Source: Dehalococcoidia bacterium
GTDB taxonomy: Bacteria > Chloroflexota > Dehalococcoidia > Plut-88900
Direction of reading: 5' to 3'
NCBI GenBank assembly: GCA_965207225.1
Contig: CBDBLV010000005.1
Location: 864,001 to 928,000 of the forward strand
DNA length: 64,000 nt
The translations under genes were made by a program, and so were the position numbers. Position 1 is the first letter of the stretch. Every line of letters starts with the position of its first letter. Positions 55,239 through 64,000 of the stretch are shown here, one piece after another. The notes beneath the pieces are model-generated. The model searched no databases and had not been told where the DNA came from. It worked only from the letters and a program-made list of their open reading frames with translations.

Positions 55239-57530
55239 CTAGCCCCGGGCCTTGATGGCTTCGCGAACGGCGGTGGGGTTCATAGGGAGAGTCTCCAGCC
55301 TTACGCCTACCGCGTCGGCGATGGCATTGGCCAGGGCCCCCGCGGGCGGGATGATGTTCGCCTCCCCGACACCCCGCACACCGTAGGGGTGACCGGGGTT
55401 GGGAACTTCAACGATCACGGTGTCGATCATGGGTAGGTCGAGGCTGGTGGGGAGGCGGTAATCAAGAAGGCTGGAGTTGACGACCTGGCCATCCTGGTTG
55501 AGGAAATACTCTTCGTTCATGGCCCAGCCGATTCCCTGGGCGCCGCCGCCCTGCAGCTGTCCCTCGACGTAGCTGGGATGGATGGCCTTGCCCACGTCCT
55601 GGACCATGGTGAAGCGGAGGATCTTCACCTTGCCGGTCTCGGGGTCGACCTCCACGTCGGCAATTGATCCAGCGAAGGACGCCCCAGCCTTGGTGGCCTG
55701 GACGTTACCCACTCCAACAACCGGCTCGCCGGTCTCCTCGATCTTGGAGGCGAGTTCGGCGAACGTCATCTTGAGTTCGGGGTCCGACTCGGAGAAGAAA
55801 ACGCCCTTTTCGAACATTATGGAGTCGGGGTCGATGTCCCAGATGGTCGCGGCTCGGGCCAGCATCTGCTGCTTCACGTGCTCGGCAGCTTCGTGGGCCG
55901 CGAGGCCCTGCTTGAAAGTAACGCTGCTGCCGCCGGTGCCGTTGGTGTAGCCCACGGAGTCGGTATCGACAACTCCAGGCACCACGCTCTCAGCGGGGAT
56001 GCCGAGGGTCTCGGCGGCCATCATGGCGATGGTTGTCCTGGTGCCCCCGATGTCGGGAGACCCTTCCCGAAGGGCGACGGTGCCATCCGCATTGACCTTA
56101 ATGGTGCAACTTGCCGGGCCTCCAAAGTTCATCCAGAACCCGAGGCCCACGCCCCGTCCTTGGTTTTCACCCTCTAGAGGCGTGTTCCAATGGGGATGGT
56201 CTTTCATGGCCTGGAGCACTTCAACACACCCAACCTTGGGGTGCGGTACGCTGTCGGCCCTGCGGGTACCTTCTTTGGAAGCGTTGTTGATCCGGAAGTC
56301 GATGGGGTCCATACCGACCAGGGCTGCGAGTTCATCTACGACGGTCTCGGAGGCGAAGGAGGCGTTGGTGGCACCCGGGGCCCGGTAGGCAGCGGTCTTG
56401 GGCTTGTTGACCACTACGTCCAGACCGTCTATCAGGACATTGGGAATGTCGTAGGGGCCGAATACACAGAGGGCTCCAGCACCGACGGGTGATCCGGGAT
56501 AAGCACCGGCCTCGTAGGCGAGGTAGGCCTGCGCGGCCGTGAGTTTGCCATCGTTGGTGGCGCCCATTTTGATCCTGATGTATGAGCCGGGGGTCGGGCC
56601 CGTGCTCTCAATCTCTTCGGAGCGGGTCATGACAATCTTGACCGGGTGTCCTGTCTTCTTTGAGAGAAGTGCAGCAACCGGGTCTCCGTAGGGCTCGAAC
56701 TTACCCCCGAATCCACCGCCGATCTCCATGGGCACGAGATTGACCTGTGAAACGTCCAATCCAAGGATGCTGGCAGTGGCATCCCTGACCTCGAAGGGGC
56801 CCTGGGTGCTGCACCATATGGTGACCCGGCCATCGCGGTTCCAGAATGCGGTGGCGTTGTGGAGCTCGATATAGCCCTGATGGACGGTCTTGGTGTCGAA
56901 CTCCCGCTCGATGACGTGGTCGGAATCTGCGAAGGCCTTTTCCACGTCGCCCATAACGTGTTGGAAGTGGCTGGCAACGTTGCTCACCTTGTCGGTCTGC
57001 TGGCCGAACTCCTCGGTCTTGAGGTCGTCGTGGAGAAGGGGAGCGCCGTCGGCGATGGCATCGCGGACGGTGGGCACGGGGTCGAGGACTTCGTACTCGA
57101 CTTCTATGAGGTTGACGGCTTCCTCAGCGACGTGGGCGTTGACTGCAGCTACTCCGGCCACTGGGTGTCCGGGGTACAGGACTTTCTTGCTGGCTAGCAC
57201 GTTGTCGCGCATAAAGCGCAGGCTCATGCTGATCTCGCCCATCTGCATTTCACCTTCCTGCGTGCCGGAGGGAAAGTCTGCTGCGGTTACTACTGCCTTG
57301 ACGCCCGGATAGGCTTCTGCCCTGGAGGTGTCTATAGAGATGATGCGGGCGTGGGCGTGGGGGCTGCGAAGAATCTTGCCGTGGAGAAGGTCGCTGGTCT
57401 GGAAGTCTGCGCCGTAACGGGCGCGGCCGGTAACCTTGTCAACTCCGTCGTGCCTGATGGGTCGGGTGCCGATGGTGTCATATTCACCTGTAGCCAGGAC
57501 AACGTTGGGTTCGTAGTCGGTAGTAGTCAT
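55239..57530 (-). CDS. Xanthine dehydrogenase/CoxL-family molybdopterin-binding subunit
   Basis: RSPHAHA, IGGGFGGK, AYRAPG, GVGE. Confidence 0.95.
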   Translation of the reverse strand: MTTTDYEPNVVLATGEYDTIGTRPIRHDGVDKVTGRARYGADFQTSDLLHGKILRSPHAHARIISIDTSRAEAYPGVKAVVTAADFPSGTQEGEMQMGEISMSLRFMRDNVLASKKVLYPGHPVAGVAAVNAHVAEEAVNLIEVEYEVLDPVPTVRDAIADGAPLLHDDLKTEEFGQQTDKVSNVASHFQHVMGDVEKAFADSDHVIEREFDTKTVHQGYIELHNATAFWNRDGRVTIWCSTQGPFEVRDATASILGLDVSQVNLVPMEIGGGFGGKFEPYGDPVAALLSKKTGHPVKIVMTRSEEIESTGPTPGSYIRIKMGATNDGKLTAAQAYLAYEAGAYPGSPVGAGALCVFGPYDIPNVLIDGLDVVVNKPKTAAYRAPGATNASFASETVVDELAALVGMDPIDFRINNASKEGTRRADSVPHPKVGCVEVLQAMKDHPHWNTPLEGENQGRGVGLGFWMNFGGPASCTIKVNADGTVALREGSPDIGGTRTTIAMMAAETLGIPAESVVPGVVDTDSVGYTNGTGGSSVTFKQGLAAHEAAEHVKQQMLARAATIWDIDPDSIMFEKGVFFSESDPELKMTFAELASKIEETGEPVVGVGNVQATKAGASFAGSIADVEVDPETGKVKILRFTMVQDVGKAIHPSYVEGQLQGGGAQGIGWAMNEEYFLNQDGQVVNSSLLDYRLPTSLDLPMIDTVIVEVPNPGHPYGVRGVGEANIIPPAGALANAIADAVGVRLETLPMNPTAVREAIKARG

Positions 57531-57611
57531 GCTCTCCCCCTGAAATGCTGAGTGGGTACCTCTCGGGACGGGCTGGCCCTATTCTACCCGATTCCGGTGT
57601 CGATACTACCC

Positions 57612-58907
57612 TCAATATGCCGTACCGGTTAGCTTACCTATTCCAAAGGTCTGGGTAGCTCCGAGAATCTGGGTGATTCGGGTAGCGAACGAATTCCTTG
57701 GATCGTCACCCGACACGAATATCGCATTGCCGCCTATGACGCGGTCAACGGGCGGAAGGACTACTTCTTGCTCATAGTTGCCGGTGCTGACGATGGATTC
57801 GGCTTCCGGAGTGAAGTAGACGAATCCGGTGTCGTCGGGGGTTTGGGCCATCTCGGGGCTGAGGAGTGTTGCACTTATGGCTGCCCTCTCACAGTTTCTG
57901 ATGAGCAGCATGGGGTCGACGGCCAGGTGTCCGCCGCCCATCCAGGATATGACAATACCGTCGGCGGTCATCATCCTGAGGAGCTTGGTGGCGTAACCAG
58001 CGCCCAGTTCCTTCTCTGTCAGTTTCTCCGGGCCGGCCGGGACGAGGAGGACGCCCAGGAAATTGAGGTCCCTTCCATGCCGCTGGTAGAGATGGTTAAT
58101 GAGGGGGTTATTCAGGTGATGATAGATGGTCGTCCTGACTGCGCCTGGGGTGTTGAATGGGCGGTACAATGCGCCGTCCATGAGTTCATTGGGATGAAGC
58201 AAGGTAGGCTGCCATCCTATCGATTGGCCATATAGGAATTCACCCATGACCTGCGCACAATAGGCGACCCGAGGCAGGCCCGGGTCAACATCCGTAAGCT
58301 CGTAAGTGTCGATAGAGGAAGATTGTAGGCCTGCTACGGTCTCGGCGAGATAGGATGCCAGCCCAATCTGCGCTTCCCTGATAGCCAAGTTCAGGCGCTG
58401 GCTGAATGCCGACCCGCGGATAGTGTTAATCATCTCAAGGTCTTCGGCGGGAGTTTCGGGGCCTGGAACCTTGGGAGTGACTTCCACGACCAGATTTGCG
58501 TTTTGAGAGAAGGGGGAATACCGGGCCCCGGGGCCAGACATGTCCAGCAGGGCTTCCCGCCAGTAGTAACCTTCACCGGGTGCGGGTTCGGACGTGGACA
58601 GGACGGCCATTCCGGTGAGTCGGGCAGTCCTGCCGCTGCCGACCTGCGTGGGCGGGCCTAGGACGCCTGGGAAGACGCAGCCGGCCCCCGACTGCTTGGC
58701 TCGGGGCTCGACCACATCCACGGCGTGGATGATCCGGGTGGAGTCGCCGGGGTGGGCGACGTGGACGGTTACGTCTTCGAAATAAGCATCGTCCATCATC
58801 CTGGCTCGGACATCACAGGCGTCCACGTAGAGTTCGCCGTCTGCGTAGCGGGTCTCGTCACTCAGGCTAATGTGTTTCACGGGATAGTTGGCGAGTTCAA
58901 GTTTCAT
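57612..58907 (-). CDS. GrdE-like (reductase component B proprotein) homolog, divergent
   Basis: MKLEL.., DVVEPRAK, DMSGPGARYSPFS, PTLLHPNELMDGA, YHHLNNP, VSTGN. Confidence 0.85.
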   Translation of the reverse strand: MKLELANYPVKHISLSDETRYADGELYVDACDVRARMMDDAYFEDVTVHVAHPGDSTRIIHAVDVVEPRAKQSGAGCVFPGVLGPPTQVGSGRTARLTGMAVLSTSEPAPGEGYYWREALLDMSGPGARYSPFSQNANLVVEVTPKVPGPETPAEDLEMINTIRGSAFSQRLNLAIREAQIGLASYLAETVAGLQSSSIDTYELTDVDPGLPRVAYCAQVMGEFLYGQSIGWQPTLLHPNELMDGALYRPFNTPGAVRTTIYHHLNNPLINHLYQRHGRDLNFLGVLLVPAGPEKLTEKELGAGYATKLLRMMTADGIVISWMGGGHLAVDPMLLIRNCERAAISATLLSPEMAQTPDDTGFVYFTPEAESIVSTGNYEQEVVLPPVDRVIGGNAIFVSGDDPRNSFATRITQILGATQTFGIGKLTGTAY

Positions 58908-59020
58908 GTCGTTCTCTTGGAGGGCTGACCGAGACTATATCGAATATCAAGGGTTTGGATGATACTATGGAGGGCATCCCGGGCTAAAGAAGCAGTACAG
59001 CCGTCGGTACAGGGGGGAAC

Positions 59021-60190
59021 ATGAAATATCAATTCACCGGAGAAGAGCAAGCATTTCGGCAGGAGGTGAAGGACTTTCTCGCCAAAGAGTGGTCGGACGA
59101 CTCCTTCGCCGTGGAAGGCAGCGAAGAGGCCCATGTAACCGAGATGAACATGCGCAAAAAGCTGGCCAACCAGGGCTGGCTTGCCCTCTCCTGGCCCGAG
59201 GAGTACGGCGGCGCGGCCGCGAGCCACATGCAGCAGGCCATCTTCACCGACGAATGGTCCTATGCTTACGCTCCCGGCCGAGATGGCGAAGGCATCGGGT
59301 ACATAGGACCGGCCATAATGGTGCATGGGACGGAGGAGCAGAAGAAGCAGCACCTGGGTGGCATTGCGCGGGGCGAGGTGGTGTGGTGCCAGGGGTACTC
59401 GGAGCCGGAGTCGGGGTCGGATCTGGCTTCGCTCGGGACTCGGGCGGTGCTGGATGGCGATGAGTGGGTGATCAACGGGCAGAAGATATGGACGTCCCAG
59501 GCCCACTACTCGGACTGGATTCTGTTACTGGCCCGCACGGACCCCGACGCCCCCAAGCACCGGGGCATCACCATGTTCCTGGCCGACATGAAGACGCCCG
59601 GCGTTTCGGTAAGGCCAATTATCGACATGTCGGGGGGGCATCCTTTCAACGAGACATTTTTTGACAACGTGAGGATTCCCAAGGAGAACGTGGTGGGGGA
59701 GATAAACCGGGGTTGGTATGCCGGGATGACCCTGCTGGACTTCGAGAGGTCATCGCTATCTCACTCGGCTGCGGCCCGGCGGTGTTTCGACGAGACCGTA
59801 AAGTTCGCCTCGGAGACGATAGTGGATGGGAAGCCGCTGATTCAGCACCCGATGGTGCGCAACAAGCTGGCAGAGATGGCCATCGAGGTGGAGATTGCCT
59901 ACATGCTTTCCTACCAAGTAGTGCACATCCAGAGCAGGGGCGAGGTGCCCAATAAAGAGGCGTCCATCGACAAGCTGTGTGGCTCCAGCACGGAGCAGAG
60001 GGCCTTCAACACAGCAATGGAGATTCTGGGATTGTACGGGCAGTTGGTCGAAGGGTCCAAGCACGTTCCGCTCAAGGGATTCATCGAGAAGAACTACCTC
60101 TTCACGCGGTCCAGCACGATAGCGGGCGGCACGAACGAGATACAGCTAAACATCATCGCGACCCGGGGGCTGGGGCTGCCGAGGCAGTAG
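59021..60190 (+). CDS. Acyl-CoA dehydrogenase family protein
   Basis: CQGYSEPESGSDLASL, NGQKIWTS, IAGGTNEIQ. Confidence 0.95.
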   Translation: MKYQFTGEEQAFRQEVKDFLAKEWSDDSFAVEGSEEAHVTEMNMRKKLANQGWLALSWPEEYGGAAASHMQQAIFTDEWSYAYAPGRDGEGIGYIGPAIMVHGTEEQKKQHLGGIARGEVVWCQGYSEPESGSDLASLGTRAVLDGDEWVINGQKIWTSQAHYSDWILLLARTDPDAPKHRGITMFLADMKTPGVSVRPIIDMSGGHPFNETFFDNVRIPKENVVGEINRGWYAGMTLLDFERSSLSHSAAARRCFDETVKFASETIVDGKPLIQHPMVRNKLAEMAIEVEIAYMLSYQVVHIQSRGEVPNKEASIDKLCGSSTEQRAFNTAMEILGLYGQLVEGSKHVPLKGFIEKNYLFTRSSTIAGGTNEIQLNIIATRGLGLPRQ

Positions 60191-60193
60191 TAG

Positions 60194-60964
60194 TTACCAG
60201 ACCGTCCAGCCACCGTCCACAAGAACAACCTGTCCGGTGATGTAGCTGGAGGAATCGGCGGCCAGGAAGAGGAGCGCCGTCTTCAGCTCTTCCGGCTTGC
60301 CCATGCGGCCCATGGGGGTGCGAGCAGCGAGACCGGTGAACTCGTCGGATAGGAATTCGGTAAGCTCAGTCTCGAAGTAGGCGGGGCCGATGGCGTTGGC
60401 GGTTATGCCCTTCTTGGCCCACTGCAGGGCGAGGGCCTTGGTGAGCCCGACCATCCCGTGCTTGGAGATCGAATAGGCGTATGAATAGTCCTCCGGCACT
60501 CCCCCGACCACCGACAGCACCGATGCTATGTTGATAATCCGTCCGTAACCTTGGTCCAGCATTTTCAGGCCCGCGCGGTGGGAGCAAAGAGCCGCGCTGG
60601 TCAGGTTGGCGTCCATCACTTTCTGAACAGCTTCGAAATCCAGGTCCTCAGCAATTTTCGATCCGGGGAAGAAAGCGCCGGCGTTGTTGACCAGAATGTC
60701 GATCTTGCCGAAGGTCTCCATGGCGCGTTCTACTAGGTTATCCACCTGTTCAGGGTTGGTGACGTCGGTCTGTACGACGAGGCACCGGGCGCCGAGGTCT
60801 CGGATTTTTTGGGCAGTCTCGTCCAGCTTGTGGAGGCGTCGGGCGCAAATGACGATGTCGGCGCCAGCCTGGGCGAGGGTCTCGGCGAAAGTGACCCCCA
60901 GCCCCGAGGATGCTCCGGTGACGATGGCAACACGGCCTGACAGGTCGAAGAGGTCTCTGGACAT
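60194..60964 (-). CDS. SDR family oxidoreductase
   Basis: TGASSGLG, NNAG, YSISK. Confidence 0.95.
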   Translation of the reverse strand: MSRDLFDLSGRVAIVTGASSGLGVTFAETLAQAGADIVICARRLHKLDETAQKIRDLGARCLVVQTDVTNPEQVDNLVERAMETFGKIDILVNNAGAFFPGSKIAEDLDFEAVQKVMDANLTSAALCSHRAGLKMLDQGYGRIINIASVLSVVGGVPEDYSYAYSISKHGMVGLTKALALQWAKKGITANAIGPAYFETELTEFLSDEFTGLAARTPMGRMGKPEELKTALLFLAADSSSYITGQVVLVDGGWTVW

Positions 60965-61077
60965 GGGTGCCTCCGAGGGCTAAATGTCGCTGCGATTCTA
61001 CCACCCCCCGCTGCAAGGGCTCTTTCTGCTAAACTCCCCGAGTCTCGAGTCATCGACCAGTCAACTCGGAGGAGACT

Positions 61078-61695
61078 ATGATCTACGAATTTCGGAGCTA
61101 CGTGCTAAAGGTTGGGAGCATGGGAAAGTTCGAGGAGAACTTCGCGAAAGCGCTGCCCATTAGGGAGAAGCATTCGAAGCTGACGGCCTGCTGGCATACG
61201 GAGATAGGGCCGCTGAACCAGATCATTCACGTCTGGGCCTATGAGAACATGAAGCACAGGGACGAAGTGCGGGCTGCGGCCGCGGCGGAACCCGGCTGGC
61301 CCCCGCCCGGAGATGATGAGCACATAGTGAAGATGGAAACTGAGATAGTTATCCCCGCGCCCTTCCAGAAGGCGATAGAGCCGGGCCATCACGGCAACTT
61401 CTTTGAGATGCGCTACTACGATGCGCTGCCGAACTCCATGCCAGAGATAATGGATGTCTGGGGAGCGAAGCTGCCGAGTAGGCTGAAATACTCGCCCCTA
61501 TTCTTCTGCGGATACACGGAGATGGGCGCGCTGAACAGGCTAATCCACATCTGGGCCTATGAAGACATGAAACAGCGCAGTGAGATCCGTGCCGCGGCGG
61601 TCGCGGCGGGGGACTGGCCTCCGGCTACGGGAAAATTCCTGGTCACCATGAATAACAAAATCATGGTGCCGTCGTCATTCTCGCCCGTTCACTAG
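61078..61695 (+). CDS. Double-domain NIPSNAP protein
   Basis: YEFRSY..IHVWAY pattern repeated twice. Confidence 0.92.
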   Translation: MIYEFRSYVLKVGSMGKFEENFAKALPIREKHSKLTACWHTEIGPLNQIIHVWAYENMKHRDEVRAAAAAEPGWPPPGDDEHIVKMETEIVIPAPFQKAIEPGHHGNFFEMRYYDALPNSMPEIMDVWGAKLPSRLKYSPLFFCGYTEMGALNRLIHIWAYEDMKQRSEIRAAAVAAGDWPPATGKFLVTMNNKIMVPSSFSPVH

Positions 61696-61718
61696 ACTCA
61701 AAACCATCGGAGGAAACC

Positions 61719-62333
61719 ATGATCTACGAATTTCGCACCTACACCCTTAAACCGGGCAGTGTACCCAAGTTTGAGGAGATATTCGGGGAGGCCTTGCCGC
61801 ACCGGGAGCAATATTCCAAGCTGGCGGCGTTCTGGCATACGGAGGTCGGGCCCCTGAACCAGGTAATCCACGTCTGGGGATACGAAGATGCTCAGCAGAG
61901 GTCGGAGATCCGGGCGGCGGCTGCTCAGAATCCCAACTGGCCTCCGAAGGGCGGGCACCTCATCGTCAAGATGGAGAGCGAGATAGTAGTGCCAGGGCCC
62001 TTCCAGAAGCCGATAGAACCCGGCAACTACGGCCCCCTCTACGAGATGCGTTACTACGATGCCGTGCCCGGCTCCATGCCCGAGATCATGGAGGCATTTG
62101 GGAACAAGCTACCCGACCGGCTAAAGCACTCAGGGCTGTTCTTTGCCGGGTCCACGGACATGGGGCTGCTGAACAAGCTAATCCACATCTGGCCGTACGA
62201 GCACATGAACCACAGATCGGAGACTCGCGCCGCGGCGGTGTCCGCGGGAGACTGGCCTCCGCCCATTGGCCCGCATATCACGGCTATGAACACGAAGTTC
62301 ATGTTGCCGGCTGCTTTCTCTCCCGTTCAGTAG
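61719..62333 (+). CDS. Double-domain NIPSNAP protein (tandem paralog)
   Basis: YEFRTY..IHVWGY pattern repeated twice. Confidence 0.92.
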   Translation: MIYEFRTYTLKPGSVPKFEEIFGEALPHREQYSKLAAFWHTEVGPLNQVIHVWGYEDAQQRSEIRAAAAQNPNWPPKGGHLIVKMESEIVVPGPFQKPIEPGNYGPLYEMRYYDAVPGSMPEIMEAFGNKLPDRLKHSGLFFAGSTDMGLLNKLIHIWPYEHMNHRSETRAAAVSAGDWPPPIGPHITAMNTKFMLPAAFSPVQ

Positions 62334-62350
62334 GCTGGGCGAATCGAGAC

Positions 62351-62394
62351 AAAAAAGTCGGGGCGACGGATTTTCCGTCGCCCCGATTGCTTTT
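62351..62394. terminator. Bidirectional intrinsic terminator
   Basis: AAAAAA, 13-bp stem TCGGGGCGACGGA/TCCGTCGCCCCGA, TTTT; between convergent genes. Confidence 0.85.
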
Positions 62395-62408
62395 GGATGA
62401 AGTGTGAG

Positions 62409-63386
62409 TTAGAGAACCTGGTTGTAGAGGTCGGGCTGGCCGGAGGTCAGGCGATCGATGTTTTCGAGGAGGATGTCGATGACGTTGTCCTCGTAGGCCT
62501 GGGTCTCGCCGCCCGTGTGGGGTGTCAGGACCACGTTGTCCATATCCCAAAGCGAGCTGTCGTCCGCCAATGGCTCCTGGTCTACGACATCCAGCCCCGC
62601 GCCTGCTATCACACCGTTATTCAGAGCATCGATAAGCGCCGCCTCATCAACACATCCGCCCCGGGCCATGTTGACCAGGTAGGCGGTGGGTTTCATGCGG
62701 GATAGGGAGTCAGAGTCGATGAGGTTTCGGGTCTGGTCGTTGAGGGAGCAGGTGAGAACGATGATGTCTGACTCGGTGAGTAGTTCGTCGACCCGGTCCG
62801 GGGTGACGACCTTGTCGGCAGGACCCTCGGCGGAGGCGGGGTTGCGCTTGGTGGCAAGGACGGTCATGTCGAAGGCCTTGGCGATCTTGGCCACCCGGGA
62901 CCCGATAGCGCCCATCCCCACTATCCCTAAGGTCTTCCCTGCCAGCTCATCTTCCCGCTTCGGTATCTCGGAGATCATGCCCCGCCAGAAGTGGTCGCGC
63001 TGGTTCCTAGCCCCGGATTTGAGGTGTCGGGTGAGGGATAGGATGAGGGAGAAGGTGTGCTCGCTGACGGCATTCTTGTTAACACCGCTGGCGTTGGCGA
63101 GGCGGACGCCACGGCTCCGGAGTTCGTCCAGCGGGAACTGGTCGTAGCCTGCGCCAATGGACTGGATAAAACGGAGGCCGGGGGCGTGAGGGAGAATGTC
63201 GTTGTTCCAGAGGCCGGAGATGACTAGCACGTCGAGGTCCGATCCTCGTGCAACCAGGGAGTCATAGTCCCACACCTGGAAGCTGGATATGCCGGTATCG
63301 CGCTTCTTCAGGGTGTCGTCGAGTGCGTAGGCAACGTGGGCAAAACAGATTCGCAGGGAGTCCTTGGTCGGGAACGGGGTTGTCAT
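62409..63386 (-). CDS. D-2-hydroxyacid dehydrogenase
   Basis: GAGYD, GMGAIG, NMARG, LDV..EP, TPHTGG. Confidence 0.95.
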   Translation of the reverse strand: MTTPFPTKDSLRICFAHVAYALDDTLKKRDTGISSFQVWDYDSLVARGSDLDVLVISGLWNNDILPHAPGLRFIQSIGAGYDQFPLDELRSRGVRLANASGVNKNAVSEHTFSLILSLTRHLKSGARNQRDHFWRGMISEIPKREDELAGKTLGIVGMGAIGSRVAKIAKAFDMTVLATKRNPASAEGPADKVVTPDRVDELLTESDIIVLTCSLNDQTRNLIDSDSLSRMKPTAYLVNMARGGCVDEAALIDALNNGVIAGAGLDVVDQEPLADDSSLWDMDNVVLTPHTGGETQAYEDNVIDILLENIDRLTSGQPDLYNQVL

Positions 63387-63416
63387 TGTGTAATTTCCTT
63401 TATTGGTGAGGGTTGG

Positions 63417-64000
63417 CTAGAACCAGCTTACGCCCTTTTGATAGCCGCCGGCGATATGGAGCGCGGTGCCCGACACCCATCGTGAGGCAGGGCTGGCGAG
63501 ATATCTGACGGCCTCCCCGATGTCTCTGGGGGCGCCGAGACCCAGGGGGTATTCCGCAGTCTTGCCCGCGTCTTCTTCTTCAGACCAGCCAAACTCTTTC
63601 GAACGGACGAGACCGGGTGTCACGGCGTTCACCCGCACACCCCTGTCTGCAACTTGGGCAGAGAAGGCCATGGTGAGACCCAGCACCCCTGCCTTGGAGG
63701 TGTTGTAGGCGGGGGACATCCGCTTTGAGCCGATCCGCGCCGACTGCGAGCTGATGTTCACTATGGCGCCGCTGCCCGCCTTGAGCATGGGCTGGAGTGC
63801 CGCCTTGGAGCAGTAGAAGACTCCGCTGAGGTTTACGTCGATAACCCTGGTCCATTCCTCGTCTGGCAGGTCCCAGGCGTTGCCGTCGGGTGCGTCGATC
63901 CCGGCATCGTTGACAAGGATATCCAGCCTTGCAAAAGTGTTCAGGGCCAGGTCAACGAGAGCTTGGGCGTCCTCTGGGTTGCTGGTGTCCATCTGCATGG
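63417..64000 (-). CDS. SDR family oxidoreductase (5' end outside window)
   Basis: NDAG, NISS, YNTSK. Confidence 0.9.
   Translation of the reverse strand, partial: MQMDTSNPEDAQALVDLALNTFARLDILVNDAGIDAPDGNAWDLPDEEWTRVIDVNLSGVFYCSKAALQPMLKAGSGAIVNISSQSARIGSKRMSPAYNTSKAGVLGLTMAFSAQVADRGVRVNAVTPGLVRSKEFGWSEEEDAGKTAEYPLGLGAPRDIGEAVRYLASPASRWVSGTALHIAGGYQKGVSWF

Noticed and set aside
52883-55242. 375-aa and 304-aa plus-strand ORFs
   Set aside because: Antisense shadows of the dipeptidase and LLM genes
55239-57530. Aerobic CO dehydrogenase form I
   Set aside because: Active-site loop is AYRAPG rather than AYXCSFR

Overview
GC-rich bacterial chromosome segment, most consistent with Chloroflexota (Dehalococcoidia/SAR202-like); this is inferred from the paralog-rich set of luciferase-like monooxygenases, amidohydrolases, a Rieske oxygenase, SDRs and NIPSNAP genes. 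Bases 1-16115 are the right arm of an integrative element at the 3' end of tRNA-Ser(GCT). It carries a P4-type tyrosine integrase, a type II R-M system with a T/G-mismatch glycosylase, a replication-relaxation protein, gene remnants, and a putative three-gene defence cassette (XRE-nuclease-STAND NTPase, PD-(D/E)xK-like protein, TIR-zinc ribbon). The rest is core and catabolic DNA: moaDE, rplU-rpmA-rpmE, fhs and many oxidoreductases/hydrolases. Two signals are hidden from the ORF track. (i) A selenoprotein glycine-reductase-like operon, grdB(Sec)-grdC-grdA(Sec), has in-frame UGA codons, an atypical U-x-x-G-x-x-S motif, no adjacent grdD/grdE/trx, and two racemase/isomerase genes immediately downstream. 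(ii) A ~460-nt highly structured, probably pseudoknotted, candidate non-coding RNA (47761-48219) lies downstream of a near-consensus sigma70 promoter inside a 2-kb REP-rich intergenic region. All calls come from reading the sequence by eye; no searches or folding programs were run.
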